Source: a bacterium
GTDB taxonomy: Bacteria; UBA8248; JACPRG01; G963555815
NCBI GenBank assembly: GCA_965261595.1
Contig: CBDHDG010000004.1
Coordinates: 32,001 to 96,000 of the forward strand
Direction: 5' to 3'
DNA length: 64,000 nucleotides
Shown: in pieces, positions 43,493-53,939 of the stretch
Position numbering within the stretch: the first letter of the stretch is position 1
How the letters are laid out: each line of letters opens with the position of its first letter
Notes under the pieces: generated by a model
What the model was told of the DNA's origin: nothing
Database searches by the model: none
What the model saw: only the letters and a program-made list of their open reading frames with translations
Translations under genes and position numbers: made by a program

Positions 43493-43873
43493 ATGAACGA
43501 CGACGATTTCCTCGGGCTGGTTGAGGATGTGATCGAAGGGGTCTGCCGAGAGTTGGACGCCGAGGTGGGCGCGCGGCTGGAGAACGTCGAGATCTGCGTC
43601 GAGACGTGGCCGACCGAGGAGGTTCTCGACGCGGTCGGCGTCGCGGAGGGGGGGACGCTCTACGGCCTGTATCAGGGGATCCCCCGCACCGAGCGGTCCT
43701 TTTTCCAGGCCACGGCCTTTCCCGACCGGATTACGCTCTACCGAGGGCCCATTGAGTTGGAGGCCGCCGACCCGGCCGCGCTGCGCGGAATCGTCCGCAA
43801 GACCGTCATCCACGAAATCGCCCACCATTTCGGAATCAGCGACGAAAGATTGATCGAGCTGGGCGCGTACTGA
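43493..43873 (+). CDS. Zincin-like metallopeptidase (DUF1025 type)
   Basis: LYGLYQGIP, PDRITLYR, HEIAHHFG. Confidence 0.88.
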   Translation: MNDDDFLGLVEDVIEGVCRELDAEVGARLENVEICVETWPTEEVLDAVGVAEGGTLYGLYQGIPRTERSFFQATAFPDRITLYRGPIELEAADPAALRGIVRKTVIHEIAHHFGISDERLIELGAY

Positions 43874-43958
43874 GCGCCGTCCCGCCGGGAATAGCCCGCC
43901 ATCCATTCCGATGGACCGTTCTTCGACCGCAAAATGGATGGGTGATGAGAAGTCCGGC

Positions 43959-46900
43959 CTATGCCTTGGGCTGAACGGTGCGGGGCTCAAGGCCGGCCAT
44001 CCGACGGGCAAACACCACGATGTCATCCATGATGGCGTAAAGGCAGGGGATGAGGACGAGGGTCAGGATCGTCGCGAAAGAAAGCCCCCACACGACAGAG
44101 ATGGCCATCGGGGCGAGAAACTTGGCCTGACCCGTCGCGAAGAACGCCAGGGGCGTCAGTCCGCCGACGGTCGTTGCGGTCGTCAGGAGAATGGGCCGCA
44201 GGCGCGCCACGCCCGATTGGAGGATCGCCGCGTCGCGCGCCGCTCCCGCCGCCCGCGCCCGGTTGATGAAGTCCACCATGATCAACGAATCGTTGACGAC
44301 GACGCCGATCAGGGCGACCAGGCCGATCATCGACAGGAAGGTCAAGGCCTCGCCCATGACCAGGTGGCCGATGACGACCCCGTCCAGCGCGAAGGGGATG
44401 GCGGCCATCACGACGAGCGGCTGAATGAACGAGCGGAAAAGCGTTCCCAGGATGAAATAAATCAGCAGGATCGCCATCACCGAAATTCTCGGAAGAGAAG
44501 ACAACGAGGACTCCGCCTGTTGACGCTCTCCTCCGATCAAGACCCGGTAACCGGGGAATCGCTTTCCGACGTCGGCGAATTTCTCGCGAACCCGGTTCGA
44601 GACCTGGACGGCGTTCGCTTCGCGGGTGTCCACGTCCGCGAAAATGGTGATCGTCCGCTTCTGGTTGTATCTGCGGATCCGGCTGTTGCCGACGGCCGTT
44701 TTCAGGTTGGCCACGTCCCGCAGGAACACCTGCTCTCCGGAGGCCAGCGTGATCTTGAAATTGTGGATCGCATCGGGGCGAAGACGGGTTTCCCGGGGGA
44801 AGCGAACGATGATGGGGATGTCCTCGTCGTGTCTTTGAATGGTCGAGGCCTCGACGCCCTGGAAGCCGTTGCGCACCTGCCGGGCCACTTGCCCGAGGTT
44901 CAGACCCAGCGCCCGGGCCTCCGGCCGCAGGGTGATCTGAAGCTCTTCCTTCCCCACGGTGAAGTCGTCCCGCACGTCCCGGACGCCGCCGATGCCCGTC
45001 AGGAGCGCCTGGGTCTCCTTCGCCAGTTGTCGAAGCGGACCCAGGCGCTCTCCGGCGATCCGGATCTCGATGGCGGGTCCGCCCGGGCCGGACTGCGTCT
45101 TCAGAAACTGAATCTTTAGAATGTCCGGAATTTTGCGCATGCCCTCGCGGAGCTCGGCCATGATCTCGTCCACGCCGCGCCGCCGATCTTCCGACAGCTC
45201 GACGACCAGCTGCCCGAGGTTCGGCCCGCGCTCGATCCGGACGACGTCCAACACCGTGACGCCGACGTTGGTGGCCAGTGATGCCAGCTCCCCGGCAGGC
45301 AGTCCGAGGACGACCCGCTCGGCCCGCTTGGCGATGTCCAGGGTGTCTTCGATCTTGTTGCCGGCCGAGGTCTCGAAATTGATGAAGAACAGGGACGACT
45401 CGAATTGCCGGAACATGACGAAGGGCATGCGGTAATACGCCGTGGCGGCAAGGAGCACTGTGACCGAGAGCAGGAGCCCGCCCACGACGTATCGCCAGCG
45501 AAGCGCCGTCGAGAGCAGGGCGCCATACGCCCTTCGGAGGCGGCCCAGGAGGGGGAGCTTCCCGCGCCGGATCCGCTTCGCGTAGGCGGGGGTGATGATG
45601 TCCGCCAGGTGAGAGGGCAGGACCAGAAGCACCTCGACCAAGGAGGCCATCAGGGCGAAGGTCACCACCAACGGGATCGGGGATAGGAACACCCCCATTA
45701 CGCCGGGGATCAGGAGCAGGGGCAGAAAGGCGGCCACGGTGGTGATCACCGTCGCCACGACCGGCCAGCCGACCTCCGAGGCCCCCTGTACGGCCGCCTC
45801 CCGGGGGTCCATGCCCTCCTCGACGTGCCGGTAGATGTTCTCGGCCACGACGATTGCGTCGTCCACCAACAGCCCCAACACCAGGATGAGCCCGAAAATG
45901 GAGAGCATGTTCAGGCTGATCCCCCAGATCGCCATCAAGATGATCCCGCCCAACATGGCGACGGGGATTCCCAGGCCCGTCAGAAACGCGACGCGCGTGC
46001 GCAGGAAGACCCACAGGAGGGCGAACACGATGGCCAGGCCGATGACCCCGCTTTTGCGAAGGGTGTTGAGCCGGTTGCGGATGAAGACCGAGAAGTCGTT
46101 GTGGACACCGACCTTGACGGTCTCCGGATATCGCCTCCGCACCTCCTGGACCCGCTTGCGGACCGAGGCGGCGATGTCGATGGCGTCCCCATCGCGCTCT
46201 TTGACGAGGACCAGGTTGATGGCCGGTTTCCCGCCCCAACGGCTGATGGTCACCGGGTCCTCGAAGGTCTCTCTCACCTCGGCCAGGTCGGCCACCCGGA
46301 GGGGCGTGCCGGTGGAGAGGCTGCGCACGATGACCCGCTTCACCTCCTCGGCCCCGGCGGCTTCTCCCAACGTCCGGATCAGGATCTCGCCGCGTGGGGT
46401 TTTCAACGCGCCTCCGGGGACGTTCCGGTTCTGGGCGGAGATGGCCGCCCGGATGTCGTCCAGGGTCAGCGCGTATTGAGTCAACCGGGCCGGTTCGACC
46501 TCCACCCAAATCTGCCGCTCCCGGGCGCCGATGATCCGGACGGCGGCCACGCCCGGGATGCGGCGGAAGTCTTCCTTGAGGTCGCGGGCGATCGTCCGCA
46601 GGGAACCCTCGGCGATGTCCCCCGCCAGTGAGACGGTGATCACCGGCCAGGCGTACTTGACCTCCTGAATCAGCGGCGGCTTCGCCTCCTCGGGCAGGTC
46701 GGCGACGTTGTCCATCGCGCCCCGGACGTCGGACAGGGCCCGGCTCATGTCGGTGTCCGTTCGAAATTTCAGGAGGATCTCGGAAATGCCCTCGTGGGAG
46801 ATTGAGATCAACTCGTCCAGGCCGTCGAGCTCGGCCATCTCTTCTTCGTTTTTGGCCGTGATGAGCTTTTCGACTTCCTCCGGAGAGGCGCCGGGGTAGA

Positions 46901-47051
46901 GGGTCTCGATCCGGACCGCCTGCCGGGGAAACTCCGGAAAGATCTCCCGGTGCATGGAGAAATACGTTGTCAGGCCCGCTCCGATGAGGAACAGCGTGAG
47001 CAGGTTGACGATGACGCGGTTGTTGACGGAAAAGGCGGCGAGCGCTCTCAC
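43959..47051 (-). CDS. RND efflux transporter permease subunit
   Basis: 1030 aa; YPGASPEEVE, GLLVDDAIVVAENI, GVVVNDS, RLRPILLT. Confidence 0.96.
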   Translation of the reverse strand: MRALAAFSVNNRVIVNLLTLFLIGAGLTTYFSMHREIFPEFPRQAVRIETLYPGASPEEVEKLITAKNEEEMAELDGLDELISISHEGISEILLKFRTDTDMSRALSDVRGAMDNVADLPEEAKPPLIQEVKYAWPVITVSLAGDIAEGSLRTIARDLKEDFRRIPGVAAVRIIGARERQIWVEVEPARLTQYALTLDDIRAAISAQNRNVPGGALKTPRGEILIRTLGEAAGAEEVKRVIVRSLSTGTPLRVADLAEVRETFEDPVTISRWGGKPAINLVLVKERDGDAIDIAASVRKRVQEVRRRYPETVKVGVHNDFSVFIRNRLNTLRKSGVIGLAIVFALLWVFLRTRVAFLTGLGIPVAMLGGIILMAIWGISLNMLSIFGLILVLGLLVDDAIVVAENIYRHVEEGMDPREAAVQGASEVGWPVVATVITTVAAFLPLLLIPGVMGVFLSPIPLVVTFALMASLVEVLLVLPSHLADIITPAYAKRIRRGKLPLLGRLRRAYGALLSTALRWRYVVGGLLLSVTVLLAATAYYRMPFVMFRQFESSLFFINFETSAGNKIEDTLDIAKRAERVVLGLPAGELASLATNVGVTVLDVVRIERGPNLGQLVVELSEDRRRGVDEIMAELREGMRKIPDILKIQFLKTQSGPGGPAIEIRIAGERLGPLRQLAKETQALLTGIGGVRDVRDDFTVGKEELQITLRPEARALGLNLGQVARQVRNGFQGVEASTIQRHDEDIPIIVRFPRETRLRPDAIHNFKITLASGEQVFLRDVANLKTAVGNSRIRRYNQKRTITIFADVDTREANAVQVSNRVREKFADVGKRFPGYRVLIGGERQQAESSLSSLPRISVMAILLIYFILGTLFRSFIQPLVVMAAIPFALDGVVIGHLVMGEALTFLSMIGLVALIGVVVNDSLIMVDFINRARAAGAARDAAILQSGVARLRPILLTTATTVGGLTPLAFFATGQAKFLAPMAISVVWGLSFATILTLVLIPCLYAIMDDIVVFARRMAGLEPRTVQPKA

Positions 47052-48307
47052 GGGCCGAGGGGGCGGTCCCCGGACGCGGGAATCCGTCCACGGCGCTCCG
47101 CCACGATCCGGACCTTCGCGCCGTCCTCGAGGAGTCGTCGGCCGGTTGCGACCAGGAGGTCGCCGGGCCGGAGCCCCCCGCGAACGAGGAGCCGCGGCCC
47201 GAATTCGCGCGCGATCCGGATCGGCCGGCGGCGGGCGATGTTTCGCTTCGGGTCGATGAGGAAAACGAACCTGTTCTTCCCGCCTCCCGCAACGCTTCCC
47301 CTCGGAATCAGGATGGCCGAGGGATAGGTTTCGAGCGGGACGCGGACGCGGACGCGGGCGAACATCCCCGACAAGAGCTGTCTTGGGCCCCGGTTGGCGA
47401 CCAGGACTTCGATGGGGAATGTCCGGGTCCGGTCGTCGGCCCTGGGCCCGACGTAGGCCACGCGCCCCCGGAAAGCCTCGCCGAATCCTTCCACCCGGAC
47501 GGAAGCCGACAGGCCCGGATGCAGAAGACGGATGTCGGCCGCCGGCGCGCGGATCCGGATCCTCGCCACGTCATGATCCACCAGCCGGAAAAGGATGGTT
47601 CCGGGCTTGACCATCTCGCCGGCCGTCACGACCTTCTCGGCGATCACCCCGGCGAACGGAGCGCGGACCCGGGTGTCCTTCAAGGTCAGCCGGGCCCGGG
47701 AGAGATCGGCCGCCGCCGCGTCGACGTTCGCCGCGGCGATGCCCCGCTGTCCCTTCGTCTCCTCCAGGGCATTCTGGGCCCGCTCAAGCTCCTCCTGGCC
47801 GCGGCGGACGAGGAGCTCCGAGCGTTCCATGTCCTGTTGGGTGGTGAGTTTTCTCTTGAACAGCCCTTTCAGGCGATTCCATTCCGCGCGCGCCAGGCGG
47901 AGCTTGTCGCGGTTGATCTCGATGAGGGTGTTCTGTCTTTGGATGACGGCCTCGGCGCGGCGGTGCTCGGCCTCGGCCCGAGCGAGGAGCGCCTCGCGGA
48001 ATTGCACTTCAATTCGGAAGGGCGCTGGATCGATCTCGGCCAGGAGGGCGCCCCGCCGAACCGACGCCCCCAGCTCGATCCCTTCCGGAACGCGCGCCAC
48101 GGGTCCCGACACCTTGACGCTCAGCGCCGCCTCCCGGTTGGCCCGGACGGTTCCGAGGGCCTGGAGATAATGCGTAAAGGGTCCCGGCGCGACCCGGATG
48201 ACCTCCACCGGGACCGGCGTGGCGGCCGGGATCGGGGCCGGCGGCTCTTCCACCGCCTGAAGCCAGTAGACGGCCCCAAGCGTCAGGGAGGCGATGATCG
48301 CCAGCAT
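47048..48307 (-). CDS. RND efflux periplasmic adaptor (membrane fusion protein)
   Basis: VSGPV...GALLAEID, helical hairpin, VRAPFAGVI, TRTFPIEV, GMFARV; true start may lie upstream (in-frame TAG at 48392-48394). Confidence 0.9.
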   Translation of the reverse strand: MLAIIASLTLGAVYWLQAVEEPPAPIPAATPVPVEVIRVAPGPFTHYLQALGTVRANREAALSVKVSGPVARVPEGIELGASVRRGALLAEIDPAPFRIEVQFREALLARAEAEHRRAEAVIQRQNTLIEINRDKLRLARAEWNRLKGLFKRKLTTQQDMERSELLVRRGQEELERAQNALEETKGQRGIAAANVDAAAADLSRARLTLKDTRVRAPFAGVIAEKVVTAGEMVKPGTILFRLVDHDVARIRIRAPAADIRLLHPGLSASVRVEGFGEAFRGRVAYVGPRADDRTRTFPIEVLVANRGPRQLLSGMFARVRVRVPLETYPSAILIPRGSVAGGGKNRFVFLIDPKRNIARRRPIRIAREFGPRLLVRGGLRPGDLLVATGRRLLEDGAKVRIVAERRGRIPASGDRPLGP

Positions 48308-48882
48308 GAAGAGGGAGAGGACCCACCGCTTCGTGATATTCCGTTCTCGGGATTGGCGGGGGTCGGCGTCTTTGCGCGGAGGCGGGCGCCCCTAGGTTTC
48401 CGCCGCGTCCGCGGATGCGGAGGGAGGCTCAGGGAGCAAGGCCGGCTCGGAGGGTGAACCGCCGTTGACCTTGTCTTCCGCCGTGGCGATCCGGGCCGGG
48501 ATTTCTGTGTCAGCGGGAGGCTCTGCCATCTTCAACCTGTACTCGGCCCGATGCGTCAAACCGTTATGGGACGCGGCCTGTTCGGAGGGGAGCGCCTTTT
48601 TCGGGTGCGGAGCGGCTGATTCAAACCTAGTCCGAATCGATTGGCCGTGCAAGGCGAAGCCGGATGAATTCCAGTCCTCTTCCCCTTGCGACCCGGGGCT
48701 CGACAGTCAGGTGGAGCCGGAGATGCGCGGCCGAGTCGGCCCGATTCGGGCGTATGGTACGATGAAGTCTCCGGGGTCGGCGCATGGGATTCAGGAAGAT
48801 GCCTCCCGCCGCGCGGCCCTTGTGTGGATGCGGATATCAGCGTGTTCCATCTGCTTGGGCCGCGCGCGATGGGAAAGAACGG

Positions 48883-49809
48883 ATGCTGGCCATCTCCACA
48901 GCCTACTGGCCTTCGCTTGAGGACGGCCAAAAGATCCTGGATGAGGCGGACCGCCTGGGTTTCTCCGCTATCGAGATATCGACGTACACGGGCCGGAAGG
49001 CCCTGGATGAAATGCTTCCGGCGCTGAGGCGCAGGCGATTCAAGACCGTGAGCCTCCATAACCCGTGCCCCAAGTTTGAGCCGAGATTGCTGCCGTGGGA
49101 GACGGAGCGCCCCGAGCCTCTGGTGACGGCGGAGGATCCGGAGGAAAGGAAGGCCGCCGTTGAGCTGGCCTATAAGACCATCGAGCTGGCCGCTGACCTC
49201 GAGGCGGGGGCCGTTGTCCTTCACCTGGGGACGACGGAGATGCCCGCGCCCACGGAGGCGTTGCGGGAGATGTTCGAGCGCGAGAGGGTCGAGACCGATG
49301 AGGGGCGCGAGCGCGTCGCGGAGATCCTGAAAGAGCGCGCCCGGGCGGGGGAGGGGGTGTGGGACCGGCTCTCCTTCAGCCTGGAGGCATTGACACAGAA
49401 GGCCGAGCGCCTCGATGTATTCCTCGGAATCGAGAACCGGATCCACCTGCCCGAGGTCCCCACGTACGAAGAGATCGGCCGAATCCTTTCCGAATTCGGT
49501 GGAGGAAACTTTCGGTACTGGCACGACATCGGCCATGCGACCGTCCATCAGAACCTGGGGCTGATCGATATCGAAGAGGCCCTGAGGGAGCTGGGTGGAC
49601 GCCTGCTCGGGCTGCACATCCACGACGCGAAGGGTTTTGACGACCACATCGCCCCGGGAAAAGGAGATTCCGACTACGCCACTGTCGTCCCTTATCTGAC
49701 GTCCGAGACCCCGCGCGTTATCGAGACCCACCCGCGGGCGCCCGAAGGGGAGGTCCTGGAGGGTCTCGGGGTTCTCCGGGATGCGGGCGTCCTCGACCCG
49801 GAGGGGTAA
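48883..49809 (+). CDS. Sugar phosphate isomerase/epimerase (AP endonuclease 2-like TIM barrel)
   Basis: SLHNPCP, VVLHLG, GIENR, WHDIGH, LHIHDA, DHIAPGKG. Confidence 0.85.
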   Translation: MLAISTAYWPSLEDGQKILDEADRLGFSAIEISTYTGRKALDEMLPALRRRRFKTVSLHNPCPKFEPRLLPWETERPEPLVTAEDPEERKAAVELAYKTIELAADLEAGAVVLHLGTTEMPAPTEALREMFERERVETDEGRERVAEILKERARAGEGVWDRLSFSLEALTQKAERLDVFLGIENRIHLPEVPTYEEIGRILSEFGGGNFRYWHDIGHATVHQNLGLIDIEEALRELGGRLLGLHIHDAKGFDDHIAPGKGDSDYATVVPYLTSETPRVIETHPRAPEGEVLEGLGVLRDAGVLDPEG

Positions 49810-49976
49810 GAGGCCGGGACGGGCGATTCACGGGTTTGGCTCTTTTTGCGGGCGCGTCTAGGTAGAAATTGCGGGCCGTGTCCCATGGCGGTTCGTGTCT
49901 CGCAAGAAGCGGAGGGCGCCGAAAAAACGCGCGCGGCGATGGTTCCAACACGGGGGGCGAGCGGGAGAAACCACCG

Positions 49977-50753
49977 ATGCCCGGCGAGTTCAAGAACATC
50001 CTCTATGAGGAAGGAGCGGGGCGGGTCACCGTCACGATCAACCGTCCTCCCTTGAATCTGATCGACCTGGAAACCTTTGAGGAATTGCAGCATGCTCTTC
50101 GGCGGGCCCGAAAGATCGAGGGTCTCAAGGCGCTGGTCCTGACCGGGAGCGGCGAGCAGGCCTTCTCCGCGGGCATCACGATCGAGAGTTTCACGCCGGA
50201 GCGGATACAAGGGTTTCTGGATATCGCGCGCGGCACGATGGGGATCCTTGAAGAGCTGGATGTCGTGACCATCGCGGCCATCAAGGGGCTGGCCTTGGGG
50301 GGCGGCTGTGAGCTTGCGAGCTGCTGCGACCTGATCCTGGCGGCGGACACCGCCCAGTTCGGATTCCCCGAGATCAAGGCCGGCTTGTTCCCGCCCGTCG
50401 GGGTGGTCGTGCTTCCCCGGCTGGTGGGTCTGCGAAAGGCCCTCGAGCTCGTATTGACGGGGGACATCATCGGTTCCCATGAGGCGCAGAAACTGGGTCT
50501 CGTGAATTCGGTTCACCCCCTGGAAGAGCTCGATCTCGCGGTCACGCGATTTGTGGGACGGATCAACCGGGCCAGCGCCGCCGTCCTGCGGATCGCGCGC
50601 AGGGCGGTCTATGCCTCGGCGGATGCCGATTTGAAGACCGCCTTGGACCGCAGCGGATCTCTTTATCTGAACGACCTGATGAACACCGAAGACGCCCACG
50701 AGGGACTCGCGGCATTCCGGGAACACCGCCGGCCTCGATGGAAGAACCGGTGA
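49977..50753 (+). CDS. Enoyl-CoA hydratase/isomerase (crotonase) family protein
   Basis: FSAG, ALGGGCEL, FGFPEI, EDAHEGLAAF. Confidence 0.92.
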   Translation: MPGEFKNILYEEGAGRVTVTINRPPLNLIDLETFEELQHALRRARKIEGLKALVLTGSGEQAFSAGITIESFTPERIQGFLDIARGTMGILEELDVVTIAAIKGLALGGGCELASCCDLILAADTAQFGFPEIKAGLFPPVGVVVLPRLVGLRKALELVLTGDIIGSHEAQKLGLVNSVHPLEELDLAVTRFVGRINRASAAVLRIARRAVYASADADLKTALDRSGSLYLNDLMNTEDAHEGLAAFREHRRPRWKNR

Positions 50754-50910
50754 GGGGTCGGCTTGCCGGAGGATGACGCGCCCCGCCGCGGCCGGCCCTG
50801 AATCTTCCGTCCTCCCCGCCATTCAAGCATGCCCTCGCACGGTCCGAAGAGCCGCGTGATAAGATGGCGCGCTTGCCGGCCCGATGCGGGTTCAGTCCCG
50901 GGGGGGGGGG

Positions 50911-51912
50911 ATGAGGCCGATGGACGAATGGGTGGACCGGATTCGACAAGGAGACATCGGGGCGGCGTCGCGCCTGATCTCGATGGTCGAGGATCGCCGC
51001 CCCGAGGGCCGTGAAGCCATGAAGGCCATCTTCAAGATGGCCGGCCGGGCGAGCGTTATCGGGATCACGGGCCCGACGGGGGCGGGAAAAAGCACTTTGA
51101 CCGACAGGCTCGTCCGACTCTATCGGGCGGACGGAAAGACCGTCGGGATCCTGGCCATCGACCCGAGCAGCCCGTTCAACGGGGGCGCCTTGCTGGGCGA
51201 CCGGGTCCGGATGAACCGTCACGGGATGGACGAAGGCGTTTTCATCCGGTCCATGGCCTCTCGCGGAAGCCTCGGCGGCCTGGCCCGCGCGGCGGATGAC
51301 GCGGTTCATATCATGGACGCCGTGGGACGGGACGTGATCCTGGTCGAGACCCTTGGCGTGGGGCAGGACGAGGTCGCCGTCGCGGCGCTGGCCGAGTTCA
51401 CCGTGGTGATTCTTCAACCATCGGCCGGCGATGAAATTCAGATGATGAAGGCCGGAATGCTCGAAATCGGAGACCTGTTTGTGGTGAACAAGGCGGACCT
51501 TCCGGGGGCGGGGGAGACCGCGCGGGAGGTGCGGGAGATGCTTCTTCGATCCGGCGCCCCCGCGTCCGAGCAGGCCGCCGGGCGTGTGGACCGGGAAGTT
51601 TTTTTGACGGTCGCGAAAACGGATCAAGGGGTGCGGCAGCTTTACGACAGGTTGCAAGCGTTGCGGAATTCTTTGGAGTCCAGACCTGAGGTGTTGGCCT
51701 ACCGGCGGCGGGTCAGGCTCCGGGCGAACCTCCGGGCGGTGTTTCTGGAAGAGATTGGGAACCGGATGTGGCGCCGAATCGAGCGGGACGGCCGCCTGGC
51801 GGGATGGATCGGCGAATTGGTCAACCGGTCGACGGATCCCTACTCCCTCGCGGAAGCGCTCTTGGAGCCGCTGAGCGCCCACCTTGCAGCCGAAGAGGAA
51901 GTTTCGGGTTGA
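50911..51912 (+). CDS. meaB: MeaB/ArgK family GTPase (methylmalonyl-CoA mutase-associated)
   Basis: GITGPTGAGKST, DPSSPFNGGALLGDRVRM, RSMASRG, ETLGVGQ, NKAD. Confidence 0.9.
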   Translation: MRPMDEWVDRIRQGDIGAASRLISMVEDRRPEGREAMKAIFKMAGRASVIGITGPTGAGKSTLTDRLVRLYRADGKTVGILAIDPSSPFNGGALLGDRVRMNRHGMDEGVFIRSMASRGSLGGLARAADDAVHIMDAVGRDVILVETLGVGQDEVAVAALAEFTVVILQPSAGDEIQMMKAGMLEIGDLFVVNKADLPGAGETAREVREMLLRSGAPASEQAAGRVDREVFLTVAKTDQGVRQLYDRLQALRNSLESRPEVLAYRRRVRLRANLRAVFLEEIGNRMWRRIERDGRLAGWIGELVNRSTDPYSLAEALLEPLSAHLAAEEEVSG

Positions 51913-52095
51913 ATGTAGCGGCATTCATGCTTCACTTGCGCCCCTTGTTTCCCCGCCGGTGTTCGGTCCTGGCAAATCTCCTGTTCGCCGCGGCGGTTTT
52001 CGCCCAATGGGTTCCGCCCTCCCAGAGCGCGGAAATCATGAGAGGGGGGAGGGGGGTGGGATCGGAAGTTCCGGACCGCGTTCATCGCCGGGTCC

Positions 52096-53530
52096 GTGGT
52101 GTCCGTGTTGGTGTGCGTCGGTCTGTCGGGGATCAAGCTCTTGCCTTCGGTGGAGAATTATCTCCTTTCCTCGCGGCTTCCTGCGGGTTACCCCATCGAC
52201 GTCGAATCGGGGGACGCCTCCGCGCCCGCCCTGCTCAAGCAGTTGGGATACGTCGGGCTGAACCTGGCTTTTCCGATCCGCCCGCCGCTGATCCTCCAGG
52301 CTTTCGGGGGAAACCTGCTTTTACTTCGGGTTCCTGGCTTTGATTTGCCTGGCGGTGGCGAGAGGACGCCCGCGGGGCTGGCCGGGCGGTTTGTTCCTGG
52401 CGCTGGGGCTGATCGGGTTGGGCGTAAGCGTCGGGGGAAGGTTTTCGATGGCGCTTCTCACCGAGACCTTCGGCGAGCTCCGGTGGGCCTCCATCCTGCG
52501 GCCCTACGCGCAGCACCACAACCAGGCGCTCTTGACGACGACTTCCTTTCCCGTGGCGGTTGGCTTGGGCGTCATGGTTGGGCGCGCCGAGGACCCGGCC
52601 TGGGGGCGGAGGTTGGCGGGGGGGGGGTGGCATGCCTTTGCGTCCTCCTGATCCTTGCCGGCGGGCTCGGGGCGCGCGTCGGCGGGGCGCGCCTGGCACC
52701 GTTTTTCCGGAATTTCTCGGTTTGGATGGCGGCGGGGGTCGCGGGCGCCGCCGCGCTTCTGTTCTTTGCGCGCCATCGCGGTCTCCTCTCCAAAGACTTT
52801 CTGTGGATTGGGATCCTGGCGCTCATGGCCGTGGATCTGATGGTGATGGTTCGACTTCCGTTCCGCCTTGCCGAGCGCGGCCGGTTTTTCCCACGGACGG
52901 AATCCGTCGATTTTATCCGGCGCATGCCGGGCCGCCACCGGGTGGTGGCCTTCCAGGATCATGAGGGCCCCTGGACGTGGTTCTCTTCCGTGTTTCCGCC
53001 CAACACGGCCATGATGGAAGACCTCGAGGACATGCGGGGTTGGTCGAACTTCATGCTGCGGCGTCACGCCCAGCTTTTCAGCGGGGTCGAGAACTCGAAC
53101 CTGGCCAGCTTGGATCGACTCTACCGGAACCGGATCGACCTCTACCGGAACAATGCCTGGTTCAGGTGGCTCGACCTGTTCAACGTAAAATACCTCCTCC
53201 TCTCCAATGATGAGGAAGACCTGTTGCGGCCCCCGAAATTTCGGCTGGTCCATAGCGGAGAGATCAGGATCTATGAGAATATGAACGTCCTGCCCCGGGC
53301 GTTTGTCGTTCACCGCTACGAGGTGGAAAAAGACCCCGCCCGGGCGATTCGGCGTCTTTCCGAGGCGACCATCGACGGGAAGGAAGCGCCCGTGACGCCG
53401 GCGAATTTTATCTTCCAGGGCGTGCCGGTCCCGGAGGGAGAGCACATGGTCGTCTTCCGCTTTCGGCCGGAAAGCTTTATGCGGGGAATGGCGGTGTCCG
53501 GCGGGACGGCGGTGTTCCTGTTGATCGCCG
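52096..53530 (+). pseudogene. YfhO-like membrane glycosyltransferase remnant (frameshifted, internally deleted)
   Basis: TM segments split across frames; LDLFNVKYLL, IYENMNVLPRAF, ANFIFQGVPVPEGEHMVVFRFRPESF. Confidence 0.6.
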
Positions 53531-53539
53531 CCAAGAATC

Positions 53540-53880
53540 TGCTCGCGTCAGAGTATCGCAGGAACATCCTGCGGCAATTCAACACCTGGGGGTTCCGGCA
53601 GGTCCTCCACATCCTTTTCGACTATCCGTATCACGACACCCACGGGATCAAGATTTGGCGGGCTTCGGCCGTGCGGGAGATCCTGCCCGAGGTTCACTTC
53701 GACCGCGACCTGTTCGACACGGAAATGATTCTGCGCGGCGTCCGCGCCGGGTGGAGGGTCCGGGAGGTTCCGATTGTCGTAGAGGAAAAGCGCAGCCCCC
53801 GGCTTAGCATCCTGCCGAGGATCGCCAGAACCCTGAAGGACTTGATCATGCTTCGAAGGCTGATGAAACCGTGGGTGCGG
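53540..53880 (+). pseudogene. C-terminal fragment of a family 2 glycosyltransferase fused to the YfhO remnant
   Basis: HDTHGIKIWR...FDTEMILRG...GWRVREVPI; N-terminal catalytic part absent. Confidence 0.55.
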
Positions 53881-53939
53881 CCGGGTCAATCCCGAGCGGC
53901 GGCCCGGGGAGAGGCCCCGCGCCCGGCGGGAGTCTTTCG